A DNA stretch of 34,284 nt from Spirochaetia bacterium (GCA_007128345.1 SKXS01000024.1:1-34284); one strand, 5' to 3'. Shown: positions 8,505-18,165, counted from the stretch's first letter. Translations and numbers: made by a program. Notes: a model not told the origin generated them from the letters alone.

Positions 8505-10241
8505 CTACTTATACTCCTGGGCATATTTGAATCGTTTGATCTTCTTCGTGGTGGTCATTGCCATGGGCTCCTTGAGCACGTGGACCCTGCTGATGCGCTT
8601 ATAGGGCAGCAGGGACTTGTTCACTTCGTCGATGATCTCGTTGATGCGCTTTTCCACCTGTACATCCAGTTCATCTCCCTGAAATGACTGCTTCATCCGC
8701 TCCATAAATGTCTCGCTCGGATATGCCAGCGCCTGGATGCCCTCAGACTTCTCCTTCTTGTCAAGTTCGTATCCCATCACCAGGATCTGATCAATTTCCT
8801 CATAGAGCTGGAAGAGCTCCTCAATCTCCTCGGGGAATACATTTTTACCACCTTCGGTGACGATCAATGACTTCTTCCTCCCGGTGAGGTAGAGATACCC
8901 GTCACGGTCCTGGTATCCTACATCCCCTGTACGCAGCCATCCGTCCTTATCGAGGATTTCATCAGTATCTTCCTTGTTCTTATAGTATCCCCACATCACC
9001 ATGGGTCCCCGCACGGTTATCTCTCCAATCCCCCGATCATCAGGTTCAAGGATGCGCACCTCCACCTGGGGAAGGGGCAGCCCTACAGAGGATTCCCGGT
9101 AGGCCGTCACGGGGTTGAGAGTCAGGATAGGGGATGTTTCAGTCAGACCGTAGCCCTGGACGAAGTCAATACCCAGCTGGTTGAACATCCTAAAGGTGGA
9201 TGTGGGCAGCGGGCCTCCACCGGAAATGCAGATCCTGTTGGTGTCCAGGGAGATCTTCTTGAGGATGCCGCCGAACATCTTCTTTCCGGGATTGACCTTG
9301 AAGGTCTTCTTGATGAACCCGCTGATGCCCATAAGTCCCCGGATGATCCCGTAGATCACAATGCCCTTCTCCCTGATGCCCCCCATGACCCCCTTGATGA
9401 GCTTATTAAAGAGCATGGGCACCCCAAGGAACATGGTCACATTCCCCTCCTTGAGGTCCTTGAAAATCTGGGAGACAACCAGCTTCTTCCCGAAGACAAG
9501 TTCCGATCCTACGGATATCCCCTCGATGAAAACTGCCAGCATGGTGTAGGAGTGGTGAATCGGCAGCAGCACATAGAATACATCCGTCGGATAGAGGGTC
9601 ATGAGCGCCTGCGCCAGGAAACAGTCACTTGTAATGTTGCGATGGGTGAGCATGACCCCCTTGGGATTCCCGGTAGTTCCCGATGTATAGAGGATTGCCG
9701 CAAGATCAAGCTCTTCGCTCTTAGCGTTTCCATGGGGTTCATGATCCCTGACATCCAAGATGTAGGGCTTCTTGTGTTTTGAAAGGGAGACCTTCTTTGC
9801 CAGGGTGACATGCGTGCCTACCTCGTTGAAGAGCTCCTCATCGACAAAGGCAATCTTTGCATCCGAGTGATCCATGAGGGCATCCATATCCTTCGGCTTC
9901 AGCTGATAGTCCAGGGGAACCACAACACAACCCGCATAGAGCACTGCAAGGTAGGCGATCGCCCATTCAGGGCTGTTCTTACCGGTTACGACGATGCGGT
10001 CACCCTTCTTCGCTCCCGCCTTGGCTAGAAAATTGGCAACCCCGGTAATTGCCTCATGGGCTTCCCGGTAGGTAAGCTCAATTTTCTCCGGGCTGAACGC
10101 GGTAAAGCACCTGTTTTCGGGGTAGCGCTTCACCGTGATATCAAACATCTCCGGTAGTGTCGGCCATTCACCGGTGAATAGGGTACCGCGGTACTCATCG
10201 AGGAATTTCCAAGGTTTTGAGGATTCATACATCTTTGCCAT
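8505..10241 (-). CDS. Long-chain-fatty-acid--CoA ligase (AMP-binding family)
   Basis: Motifs YTSGTTGNPKGVMLTH, QGYGLTETSP, GWLRTGDVG and GRKKSLIV..GGKNVFPEEIE. GGAG RBS before ATG 10241. Confidence 0.92.
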   Translation of the reverse strand: MAKMYESSKPWKFLDEYRGTLFTGEWPTLPEMFDITVKRYPENRCFTAFSPEKIELTYREAHEAITGVANFLAKAGAKKGDRIVVTGKNSPEWAIAYLAVLYAGCVVVPLDYQLKPKDMDALMDHSDAKIAFVDEELFNEVGTHVTLAKKVSLSKHKKPYILDVRDHEPHGNAKSEELDLAAILYTSGTTGNPKGVMLTHRNITSDCFLAQALMTLYPTDVFYVLLPIHHSYTMLAVFIEGISVGSELVFGKKLVVSQIFKDLKEGNVTMFLGVPMLFNKLIKGVMGGIREKGIVIYGIIRGLMGISGFIKKTFKVNPGKKMFGGILKKISLDTNRICISGGGPLPTSTFRMFNQLGIDFVQGYGLTETSPILTLNPVTAYRESSVGLPLPQVEVRILEPDDRGIGEITVRGPMVMWGYYKNKEDTDEILDKDGWLRTGDVGYQDRDGYLYLTGRKKSLIVTEGGKNVFPEEIEELFQLYEEIDQILVMGYELDKKEKSEGIQALAYPSETFMERMKQSFQGDELDVQVEKRINEIIDEVNKSLLPYKRISRVHVLKEPMAMTTTKKIKRFKYAQEYK

Positions 10242-10321
10242 ACTATCTCCTTGCTGGTAAGAATTGGTACCGCTGCCTGCCGGTGCCTGCACATGGTATT
10301 GGTCCGAGCGGCACTGATGAC

Positions 10322-10330
10322 AGTATACCA
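10322..10330 (-). promoter_or_regulatory. Extended -10 promoter of the acyl-CoA ligase gene
   Basis: Minus strand TGgTATACT about 80 nt upstream of the start. Confidence 0.45.
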
Positions 10331-10346
10331 TACTTCGCATGATGTT

Positions 10347-11213
10347 TCATGCGTACCTGCGGGCAATGGATGTCACTGACGACAGATATCCCCCGCCGAA
10401 CATGCACAGATGGTTGAGCAGATGGTAGAGGTTGTAGATCTCCTTACGCTGCCCATAGCCGTCCTCAAGAGGGAATTCGCTGTGGTAGCCATGGTAGAAC
10501 TCCTGGGGAAACCCTCCGAAGAGTTCGGTCATTGCCACATCCGCTTCCCGATGCCCGTAGGATACCGCAGGATCGATGAGCACCCCCTCCCCATCAGTGG
10601 AAATCAGGTAGTTCCCTCCCCACAAGTCTCCGTGGAGCAGTGATCCCCATGCAGGTTCCACGAGCAGGTCAGGCAGGCGGAGGCAGAGCTTCTCCAGCAG
10701 CTGCAGGTCCCCTCCCTTCAGCAGCCCCTGCGACTGTGCACGTGATACCAGGGGTGCTATGCGGAACCGGGTGAAGAACTCCGCCCATGAATCGCACCAG
10801 GTATTTATCTGCGGGGTCTTCCCGATCAGGTTATCCTGATGGAACCCGAACTTCCGCGATCTTCCTTCCCGGTGCATGCAGGCCAGCGCACGCCCAAGGT
10901 TCCTGAGGCTCTCAGACTGCTTCCTGCCGGGATGGATGTACTCAAGCATGAGTGCTGATGCATCACCCCCATCCACCAGGGCAAAGACCTCCGGCACCCG
11001 GGGTGCGGATGGTACTGAGGCTATAGCCTGGAGTCCCGCGGCTTCAGCCTCCAGCAGCTTCCGGCAATGGTGCACCTTCATGAAGTACCGGTTCTTCCCG
11101 TCAAACCGGTAGGCCGCGCAGATATCGCCCCCGCTGACGGGAGTCAGCTTCACATCCCGCGCCTCTTCGCTGACCGCTTCAGCCGCAGCGCTGATGAGCT
11201 CATTTGCCACCAT
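10347..11213 (-). CDS. Fructosamine/ketosamine-3-kinase family protein
   Basis: Motifs VSGGDI, YFMK, EAEAAGL, FGFHQDNLIG.TPQIN, LLHGDLWGGN, IDPA..YGHREAD and YHLLNH. Confidence 0.93.
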   Translation of the reverse strand: MVANELISAAAEAVSEEARDVKLTPVSGGDICAAYRFDGKNRYFMKVHHCRKLLEAEAAGLQAIASVPSAPRVPEVFALVDGGDASALMLEYIHPGRKQSESLRNLGRALACMHREGRSRKFGFHQDNLIGKTPQINTWCDSWAEFFTRFRIAPLVSRAQSQGLLKGGDLQLLEKLCLRLPDLLVEPAWGSLLHGDLWGGNYLISTDGEGVLIDPAVSYGHREADVAMTELFGGFPQEFYHGYHSEFPLEDGYGQRKEIYNLYHLLNHLCMFGGGYLSSVTSIARRYA

Positions 11214-11673
11214 GCAGCCGCTCCCGAACAACCTCTAGCAGGCCTCTGCATGAACGCAGAGTGACCGTCACCGCATCGTTAAAACCTTCAGGACCGCCGT
11301 AGTACGGATCCTCAAGGTCTCCAGGACCAAGGGGATCGAAATCCCTGAGCAGATGGACCCTGGCCCGGGATGCCTCGTCAGGTGCATGCTGCATAAGGTA
11401 TCTCCGGTTTTCTTCATCCATGGCTATGATCATATCGTATGAAGCATAGTCCTTGGCGAACTGCCTGCTCACATGTGTTATATGAATCCCCTTCCTGGCT
11501 GCCGCACTGCGCATCCGCGGATCCGCAGGCTCTCCGACATGATAGGCGCAGGTGCCGGATGATTCAACAGACACGCTGCCTTCAAGACCGTACTCACTGA
11601 GCAGCGACCTGCATACCGCTTCTGCAAGGGGAGACCTGCAGATATTTCCCAAACAGACATACATGATTCGCAT
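11200..11673 (-). CDS. Low-molecular-weight protein-tyrosine phosphatase
   Basis: P-loop VCLGNICRSP, AMD..N and DPYYG. Overlaps the start of the kinase gene. Confidence 0.95.
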   Translation of the reverse strand: MRIMYVCLGNICRSPLAEAVCRSLLSEYGLEGSVSVESSGTCAYHVGEPADPRMRSAAARKGIHITHVSRQFAKDYASYDMIIAMDEENRRYLMQHAPDEASRARVHLLRDFDPLGPGDLEDPYYGGPEGFNDAVTVTLRSCRGLLEVVRERLHGGK

Positions 11674-11680
11674 GAACGAG

Positions 11681-11710
11681 AGCATACCATGCTGCAGGCG
11701 TAAGGGTCAA
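11681..11710 (-). promoter_or_regulatory. Promoter of the LMW-PTP/fructosamine kinase pair (probably leaderless)
   Basis: Minus strand: TTGACC-18 nt (ending TGG)-TATGCT, then 7 nt to ATG 11673. No SD sequence. Confidence 0.5.
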
Positions 11711-11798
11711 AGGATACGTGACCTCTTTTCCCTAGCCTGCGAAACAGGTATAATACACCAACCTGCCGCAAGGCGGGCATTACAATCGGCAGGTAGAT

Positions 11799-13181
11799 AT
11801 GAAATTCAGCAGCCTTGATCACGCATTCACGCATATTGAGTCCTTCACCAACCTGGAGAAAACCCAGCAGTATACCGTACGTACCTACAGGCTCGACCGG
11901 ATGTTCAGCATCCTGGACCACTTTGACCATCCGGAACGCTCGTACCCGGTCATCCATGTTGCCGGATCCAAGGGAAAGGGGTCAACCTGTGCGTTCCTGG
12001 CCAAGGGGCTCAAAGCCCTGGGATACAAAACAGGTCTCTATGCGTCACCCCATGTGTCAACCTATATGGAACGATTTACCCTTGCGGGAACCTTTTTTCC
12101 CCCTGAGGAGGTCCTCAGTACCATAGAATCCATGTTCGCTCACCTGGAGGGATTCACGTTCGCCAAAGAGCGGGGGCTTGAGACACCCACCACCTTTGAA
12201 CTGCTCACCCTGCTTGCGTTCCTCCTGTTCAAGCGCTCCTCGTGCGACTACGCCGTGCTAGAGACCGGATTGGGGGGGAGGCTGGATGCAACCAATGTAG
12301 TCTCCCCCGTGCTGACCGCAATTACCCCGATCGAACTTGAGCATACCCAGATACTCGGATCAACCATCAAGGAAATTGCCCGTGAAAAGGGCGGGATCAT
12401 TAAGGAAGGGGTGCCTGTGGTAATCTCAGCCCAGCACAGCGATGCCAAGAAGGAGCTTCGCAGTATCGCCCAGCAACGCGGCAGCAAAGCATGCTTTCTC
12501 ACTGACCACCTGAGTCGCAGCACCTCCCACTCTTCTCCTGGGGTGAACCACCTGCAGCTCTACTGGTCCGATGACTCCTACGACGAATTTGATCTCCGCA
12601 TGCTCGGCAACTTCCAGGGAGAGAACTGCGCGCTGGCGCTCTTGATGCTTTCTCTGCTGGGATGCATTGCTGATCAGCAGCACAGGAAGCAGGCAATTGC
12701 GGGCATGTCCTCAGCCTATCTTCCGGCAAGGATGGAGCTGATTGAAGGCAGTCCCCCTGTCATTATCGATGGGGCCCATACAGGCAAGTCCGTTGACCGG
12801 CTCATCCATTCCTACCGGGAGATGTATCCTAAGGGCGGGGTGGTCATATTCGGAGCAGTTACGGGAAAGGACCACACCCAGATGGCCGAATCGGTGATCC
12901 GCACATTCGACCGAATCGTGATATCTACCCCGGGAACCTTCAAGCCCAGCAACCCCCTGGAACTCTACGAACTGTTCACCCACATAGCCCACACCCTGGT
13001 AAGTGAAGGCCTCCTTGAAGCGCCTCCCATCATCATCCTGGAAAAGGATCCCCGCTCTGCGTTACTGCGCGCCCGGGGCATGCTCTTTGCCGGTGAAGCC
13101 ATCCTCTGTGCCGGATCGTTCTATATGGCTTCAGAGATCAGAAACTGCATACTTCAGGAGACGGAAACGTGTACGAAGTAG
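11799..13181 (+). CDS. folC: Folylpolyglutamate synthase / dihydrofolate synthase
   Basis: Motifs HVAGSKGKGST, Y.SPH, ETGLGGRLDATNV, EH..LG.T...IAREKGGIIK, IDGAH and GSFY. Confidence 0.93.
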   Translation: MKFSSLDHAFTHIESFTNLEKTQQYTVRTYRLDRMFSILDHFDHPERSYPVIHVAGSKGKGSTCAFLAKGLKALGYKTGLYASPHVSTYMERFTLAGTFFPPEEVLSTIESMFAHLEGFTFAKERGLETPTTFELLTLLAFLLFKRSSCDYAVLETGLGGRLDATNVVSPVLTAITPIELEHTQILGSTIKEIAREKGGIIKEGVPVVISAQHSDAKKELRSIAQQRGSKACFLTDHLSRSTSHSSPGVNHLQLYWSDDSYDEFDLRMLGNFQGENCALALLMLSLLGCIADQQHRKQAIAGMSSAYLPARMELIEGSPPVIIDGAHTGKSVDRLIHSYREMYPKGGVVIFGAVTGKDHTQMAESVIRTFDRIVISTPGTFKPSNPLELYELFTHIAHTLVSEGLLEAPPIIILEKDPRSALLRARGMLFAGEAILCAGSFYMASEIRNCILQETETCTK

Positions 13182-13369
13182 GTGCTGGGAAGCTGTCTGC
13201 CATAACGGAAAACCTCACGCCTGGTGCAGAAGCAGGGAATCACCTTCACATACGCAGACAGCACAATGCAGACGAATCTTCTGCGAATCTTATTTCGAGG
13301 GAGGCGACCAGGGAGGATGGGATGAAATCTTCTCTCATTTTCGATACACAGGCGATTTATGTCACTTAA
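13169..13369 (+). CDS. Possible small hypothetical protein bridging folC and rqcH
   Basis: 66-aa GTG-start ORF preceded by CAGGAG. It overlaps the folC stop and the rqcH start. No recognisable motif. Confidence 0.25.
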   Translation: MYEVGAGKLSAITENLTPGAEAGNHLHIRRQHNADESSANLISREATREDGMKSSLIFDTQAIYVT

Positions 13370-14792
13370 CTGGAAAGAGATAGACTGCATACTCTCTGAA
13401 CTTCCCCTGGTGAATTCCCGGGTGCAGCAGGTAATTCAGGGAGCCTACCACAGCATTACCCTTGAGCTCTACCATCCTGAAAAAGGACGCTGGCGATGCT
13501 ATATAAGTCTTGCCCAGCAGACTGTCCGGATGCATGAACTCACCTTCCCCCGTACTATGGAGCGCGTTAAGCTCCAGCGGTTTGCTCAGCTGCTTCGTTC
13601 GCATATTGTAGGCGCACGGATAGGTGAAGCAGTCCAGCTGGGAAATGACCGGATCGTCCGCATCATCCTGGAACGGGGAGGAGAAGAGCTGCTGCTCTAC
13701 ATCCGGCTCTGGGGCGGTGCGGGAAACATCATCCTGTGCAGCAGAGACGGGACAATCCTGGACGCATGCTTCCGCCGGCCGAAACGGGGGGAAGTATCAG
13801 GGGAACACTTTAACCCTGAACCCGTCTTATCGGGAAGCGGAAACGGCACCTATGAAGTCAGACCCAGGATCCCCGGTTCCTCCTTCAATGAACAGATTGA
13901 CAGGGAATACTGGAACCGGGAACTCAGCGATCGCTGCCGGAGGCTCTCACAGCGCATCCGGACATTATTGGATGATCAGGAAGCACGGCTGCTGAGCAAA
14001 CTGCATACCCTTGAGCAGCAGCAGCTCACCCAGGACGGCAGCAGGACCAGGGAACTTGCCGATCTTCTGGCTTCGAACATCCACCTTGTGAAAAGCGGCG
14101 ATACACGCATCGAAGTCCATGACTTCTACCACGACAACACCCCGGTCATCATCCCCCTGGATGGGAGACTTGAACCGGGAGCTCAAGTTGAGGCTTACTA
14201 TCGGAGGGCTTCCAGGGAGAAGCGGGCTCTGGAGCATCACCGTGAGGAGGGTGATGCAGCCATACGAGACCTTAGGGAGATCAGGCATCAGCGTGCCGAT
14301 CTTCTCAATGAGGAAGGAACCCTGGAGGAACGGATAGCCCGGATGCAGTCGTTCCTGGCCGCTGAAGCTCCCGCACGACGGAGGGCTGCGGAACCGAAAG
14401 AGATTCCGGGGCTCCAGTTCCGCTCAGGCATCCATCGCATCCTAGTGGGGCGGACTGCCCGGGATAATGAGGAACTCCTGCGTCGGCATACGAGAGGGAA
14501 CGACTGGTGGCTCCACGCGAGGGACTATCCCGGCGCGTATGTGTTTATTAAGGGGGTTGCTGGAAAAAGTGTACCTCTGGAGACACTCCTTGACGCAGCT
14601 GTTTTAGCACTCTACTATTCCAAAGGAAGGCAGGGCGGAAAGGGGGACATCTACTGCACCCAGGTAAAGTATCTCAGACGGGTGAAGCACGGCAAGCCTG
14701 GACAGGTTATCCCCACACAGGAGAAGAACCTGTCGGTTCACCTGGAGCCCGAGAGACTGGAACGGCTGCTGGGAGGTACCCGTGAAGCGTGA
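13359..14792 (+). CDS. rqcH: NFACT family protein (RqcH/FbpA; ribosome quality control)
   Basis: NFACT-N with QLGNDRIV (DR motif), a central coiled coil, and NFACT-R (LVGRTARDNEEL, WLHARDYPGAYV, LLDAAVLALYYSK). Confidence 0.87.
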   Translation: MSLNWKEIDCILSELPLVNSRVQQVIQGAYHSITLELYHPEKGRWRCYISLAQQTVRMHELTFPRTMERVKLQRFAQLLRSHIVGARIGEAVQLGNDRIVRIILERGGEELLLYIRLWGGAGNIILCSRDGTILDACFRRPKRGEVSGEHFNPEPVLSGSGNGTYEVRPRIPGSSFNEQIDREYWNRELSDRCRRLSQRIRTLLDDQEARLLSKLHTLEQQQLTQDGSRTRELADLLASNIHLVKSGDTRIEVHDFYHDNTPVIIPLDGRLEPGAQVEAYYRRASREKRALEHHREEGDAAIRDLREIRHQRADLLNEEGTLEERIARMQSFLAAEAPARRRAAEPKEIPGLQFRSGIHRILVGRTARDNEELLRRHTRGNDWWLHARDYPGAYVFIKGVAGKSVPLETLLDAAVLALYYSKGRQGGKGDIYCTQVKYLRRVKHGKPGQVIPTQEKNLSVHLEPERLERLLGGTREA

Positions 14793-15573
14793 ATCAATCG
14801 GAAGCGATATATTCTTTCCCTCGGATCCAGAAGAGCTGCGCTCAATCATTGATGGTTCTCTGGAGCTGTCATACTCTCCTGCAGGCTCCTGCGGGACGAT
14901 CATCGTACCCCATGGTGAATACGGAGTGACCGCCCCGCTAGCCGGGGCAGCCTGGAAGGCGGCATCCCGACAGCAGGCATCCCTCATTCTTCTCCTGCTC
15001 CCAGTCCACTCTCCGGTGAGTTCCCAAAACGAAGGACTCTGGATACCCTCATTGACTGCCCTCTCCTCCCCGCTTGGGGAAGTGCCGGTTTCCAATCCCC
15101 TCACCAAAACTGCCTGTTTCCGTGAGGATCATCAGTATGTCTGGGAGGAACCCGCACTGGACACTGCCCTCCCCTATATTTCCGTACTTTTCCCCGGCAT
15201 ACCGGTGCTGCCGGTCTTCTGCGCAGGACACACCAGCAGGGTTGCGGCATCGCTGGAAGAGCTGATCTCACATCTCAGCACCCTGAGCGTACTTTTCGTG
15301 GTTTCATCGAATATGTCGGGACATGAACCGCCCGAAACGGCACAGGCGCACCTGGATGCGGCGGTCAGCCTCCTCACTGCTACAGACCGGGCAGAGGGAC
15401 ATGAGCCGCTGCTTGAACCTTGGAGAAGAGGGAGAGTCAGCATGTGCAATCCCGCATCCCTGGAAGCTCTCAGGCGGGGGGTAATGAAGGGCAGATCCTA
15501 TCGTCTGCTGGGACACGCCTGCTCACCCGAGCATCTCGACAGAATAACTGCGTATGCCTCCTTTGCCGGGTGA
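14782..15573 (+). CDS. MEMO1 / AmmeMemoRadiSam protein B family, degenerate
   Basis: N-terminal FFP.DPEEL, IIVPHGEY, SPLGEVPV, LPYI, VVSSN and C-terminal SMC...YASF match the MEMO fold pattern. GGAGG RBS, GTG start. Confidence 0.78.
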   Translation: MKRESIGSDIFFPSDPEELRSIIDGSLELSYSPAGSCGTIIVPHGEYGVTAPLAGAAWKAASRQQASLILLLLPVHSPVSSQNEGLWIPSLTALSSPLGEVPVSNPLTKTACFREDHQYVWEEPALDTALPYISVLFPGIPVLPVFCAGHTSRVAASLEELISHLSTLSVLFVVSSNMSGHEPPETAQAHLDAAVSLLTATDRAEGHEPLLEPWRRGRVSMCNPASLEALRRGVMKGRSYRLLGHACSPEHLDRITAYASFAG

Positions 15574-15648
15574 GCCGCTGGACTTTCATCCTGCTTACCG
15601 GTATCTTGGAATCAGCAAACTGGACGCACAAGGAGCTTGTGGACCTGA

Positions 15649-17022
15649 ATGTACTTCGAGACACATACCATTACGGTTGACCAAAAAAGCAAAACCGCCA
15701 TCCCCCTGGGACCTGAATCCATCATCATATCGAGGAGCATGTTCCAGGGAGGCAAGGCCCTGGGGTACATTGCCTCACCGTCCTCGGTCACCCCATGGTT
15801 CTGGCAGGGCATCCAGACACTTGAGGGAAGGCGATGCGTGTATACCGATACCGAGAACCTGCAGCCCCTTACCCTGCTCTTTGACTCCTCCTCTTCCCTT
15901 GCATCCCGGCTGGATCTCCTGGTGCTTCTCATCAGGTCACTGAACCGGGCGCAAACTGAAATACCCGCACCCTGGTTTGCCGAATCATTCATACTGCCTG
16001 CGGTCCGCATCATACCGGGAACCGGTGCCCTGATATTACCGAAGCCGATTACTGAACTCATGGAACAATCCTTCACTGAGCAGGACAAGATTGAAATGCA
16101 CGATGCGTGGATTCGGCCGAGGCTTCCGGCAGGCACAGGCTGGATATTCCAGTGCATTTCCCTGCTGTACCGAATGCTTACGGGAATACCGCCGTTTCTT
16201 GACGATGATGTACGGGAAGTCGGGTATCAGCCTGTCCCCGTCGGCCTGCTCAACCCTGGAGTCGGTTCTCACGCGGCAAAGACCATCAATCTCTGGCTCA
16301 AGGGAGCTAAGGATCTCCCCAGTGCAGAGGACCTGGCTTCATGGATAGAGGCAAATTATGAAGCATTGACCACTGAATCGGTACGGCAGCAGGATCGCGA
16401 TGCGGAGACTGCTCTCAAGGCATACCGGCGTGATCTCGCAAGGAAGGCGAAACGACATGTCTACCTGAGAAAAAAGGGTATGTTTCTGGCTGTCATCTCC
16501 GCTGCGGTGGTCATCAGCGCCGCTTTTCTGATCTCCCACATCATTGAGGCAGCCAAGCCGCCGCCTACTGTCGGGTGGAGTGCCGAAGAGGTGGTCCGGT
16601 ACTACTACCAGCTTCAGGACGAGCTGAAACTGGATGCAATGAATGACATCCTCTCGCGGTCTGCTCGGAAGGTGCGTGAGACCCAGCTGGTGTATCTCCA
16701 TGTGACCAGTTCGGTCCGCAGGGCCTACGGAGGCGACGAACTCATCAGGGCAAGCGATTGGATTGAAGCGGGGAAACCCCAGCTCGGCCCGACCGACATG
16801 GTCTACGGCATTACTGATCTGGACATACAGAGGATGGACGACCTACGCTACCAGGCCTCATACATTTTCTGGCTCCCGGAAGGACAGGAAACCGATCCTG
16901 CTTCAGCGCAGCAGGTCAGGGTGACAGGCGCATACTACCTGGAAGAGCTGGTCCTGGAAAAGCGTACCGACCACTACATCATTGATGACATCATGATCAT
17001 AGAATCCCGCATAGTTTACTGA
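15649..17022 (+). CDS. Hypothetical single-pass membrane protein with a kinase C-lobe-like cytoplasmic segment
   Basis: 457-aa ORF after AAGGAG. Contains LLYRMLTGIPPF, a basic stretch followed by a TM helix (GMFLAVISAAVVISAAFLI), and a C-terminal exported domain. Confidence 0.75.
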   Translation: MYFETHTITVDQKSKTAIPLGPESIIISRSMFQGGKALGYIASPSSVTPWFWQGIQTLEGRRCVYTDTENLQPLTLLFDSSSSLASRLDLLVLLIRSLNRAQTEIPAPWFAESFILPAVRIIPGTGALILPKPITELMEQSFTEQDKIEMHDAWIRPRLPAGTGWIFQCISLLYRMLTGIPPFLDDDVREVGYQPVPVGLLNPGVGSHAAKTINLWLKGAKDLPSAEDLASWIEANYEALTTESVRQQDRDAETALKAYRRDLARKAKRHVYLRKKGMFLAVISAAVVISAAFLISHIIEAAKPPPTVGWSAEEVVRYYYQLQDELKLDAMNDILSRSARKVRETQLVYLHVTSSVRRAYGGDELIRASDWIEAGKPQLGPTDMVYGITDLDIQRMDDLRYQASYIFWLPEGQETDPASAQQVRVTGAYYLEELVLEKRTDHYIIDDIMIIESRIVY

Positions 17023-17941
17023 GTGACCGGTCATCATCAGGATGGATCCATACGGTCCGGCTGATGGACCTGAAGAAGGTCATCTGCTGCTTGGCATATC
17101 TGACGGTATGCGCACGTACCTGCTGTTCGGTATCTCGAAGTGAGTATTCGCCGCTGTGCCTGGAGAGGAAGAATTCACGGTAGCCGATGCCCTTCATCGC
17201 CGGCCATGCGCTTGTAGCCCCGCTGCGCATGAGCTGCTGCATCTCACGAACCAGTCCCTGGTCCATCATCATTTTGACCCTCTGCGCAATACGCCGCCGC
17301 AGCTCCTTCGGTTCACGCGTCAGGCCGATGACCACAGGGTCCAGCCGGTCCCGCACACATTCAGGCACGCGGAAGGACGAAAGCGGCCTGCCGCTGCACC
17401 TGCAAACTTCCAAAGCACGGGTAATGCGGTAGGCATCAGCAGGTGCTATCCGTGAAGCAGACTGCGGATCCAGAAGCTCCAATTCCCGGTAGAGCGATGC
17501 CAGTCCGTTGAGCCGCAGTTCCTCCTGAAGACGTGAGCGGACCTCCGCATCTCCCGGAGGGGCTCCAGGAAGGCCGTAGAGAAAATGCTTCAGGTAGTAT
17601 GCGGTACCGCCGGAAATCAGGGGTATATTTCCCCGTGAGGTGATTTCATTGCATAGTCTGTCCGCCAGACGCACAAAATCACCCACGGTGAACTGCTCAT
17701 AGGGTTCCCGTATGTCTATGCAGTGATGAGGAAGCAGTGACTGCTGGTATGGGGATGGTTTGGCAGTCCCGATGTCCAGTCCCCGGTATACCTGAAGTGA
17801 ATCCGCGCTGACAACCTCGCATCCCCGGGAAAACCGTCTGAACAGAAGCTCAGTCTTTCCCACGGCAGTGGGCCCGAAGATCACCACCACCCTGATGCGG
17901 TCGGTTACGTTACTCTTCTTTTTCGAAATGGTACTCAACAC
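16997..17941 (-). CDS. miaA: tRNA dimethylallyltransferase
   Basis: Motifs GPTAVGKT, SADSLQVYRGLDIGTAKP, GGTAYY, RITRALEV, IGYRE and YAKQQMTFFR. Start uncertain; overlaps the end of rpoZ. Confidence 0.95.
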   Translation of the reverse strand: MLSTISKKKSNVTDRIRVVVIFGPTAVGKTELLFRRFSRGCEVVSADSLQVYRGLDIGTAKPSPYQQSLLPHHCIDIREPYEQFTVGDFVRLADRLCNEITSRGNIPLISGGTAYYLKHFLYGLPGAPPGDAEVRSRLQEELRLNGLASLYRELELLDPQSASRIAPADAYRITRALEVCRCSGRPLSSFRVPECVRDRLDPVVIGLTREPKELRRRIAQRVKMMMDQGLVREMQQLMRSGATSAWPAMKGIGYREFFLSRHSGEYSLRDTEQQVRAHTVRYAKQQMTFFRSISRTVWIHPDDDRSLSKLCGIL

Positions 17942-18107
17942 GGTCTTCCAGGACCTGGGTCAGTGCCGTGGAGACGATCTTATCATCATGAAGATCCAGT
18001 TCCTCATCGTAGAACTTAGTTAAAAAGGCTGCACGCTTAATAACCACGCAGGTCTTTTCGTACATATTTCCCTGCTTGTTGATCAGGGTATCCATAGGAA
18101 TTGCCAC
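17910..18107 (-). CDS. rpoZ: DNA-directed RNA polymerase subunit omega (short form)
   Basis: C-terminal 65 aa of the 148-aa track ORF, from GTG 18107 with a perfect GGAGGTGA RBS: (M)AIPMDTLINKQGNMYEKTCVVIKRA...KIVSTAL. Fits the omega pattern N.Y......KRA..L...K.v..Al and the yicC-kinase-rpoZ context. Confidence 0.85.
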   Translation of the reverse strand: MAIPMDTLINKQGNMYEKTCVVIKRAAFLTKFYDEELDLHDDKIVSTALTQVLEDRVEYHFEKEE

Positions 18108-18136
18108 AGAATCACCTCCACTGTGCGGTCTCCGAC

Positions 18137-18165
18137 AGTATAGAAAATTTTCCTGATTATGTAAA
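18137..18165 (-). promoter_or_regulatory. Internal sigma70 promoter for rpoZ-miaA
   Basis: Minus strand: TTTACA-17 nt-TATACT. Confidence 0.6.
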
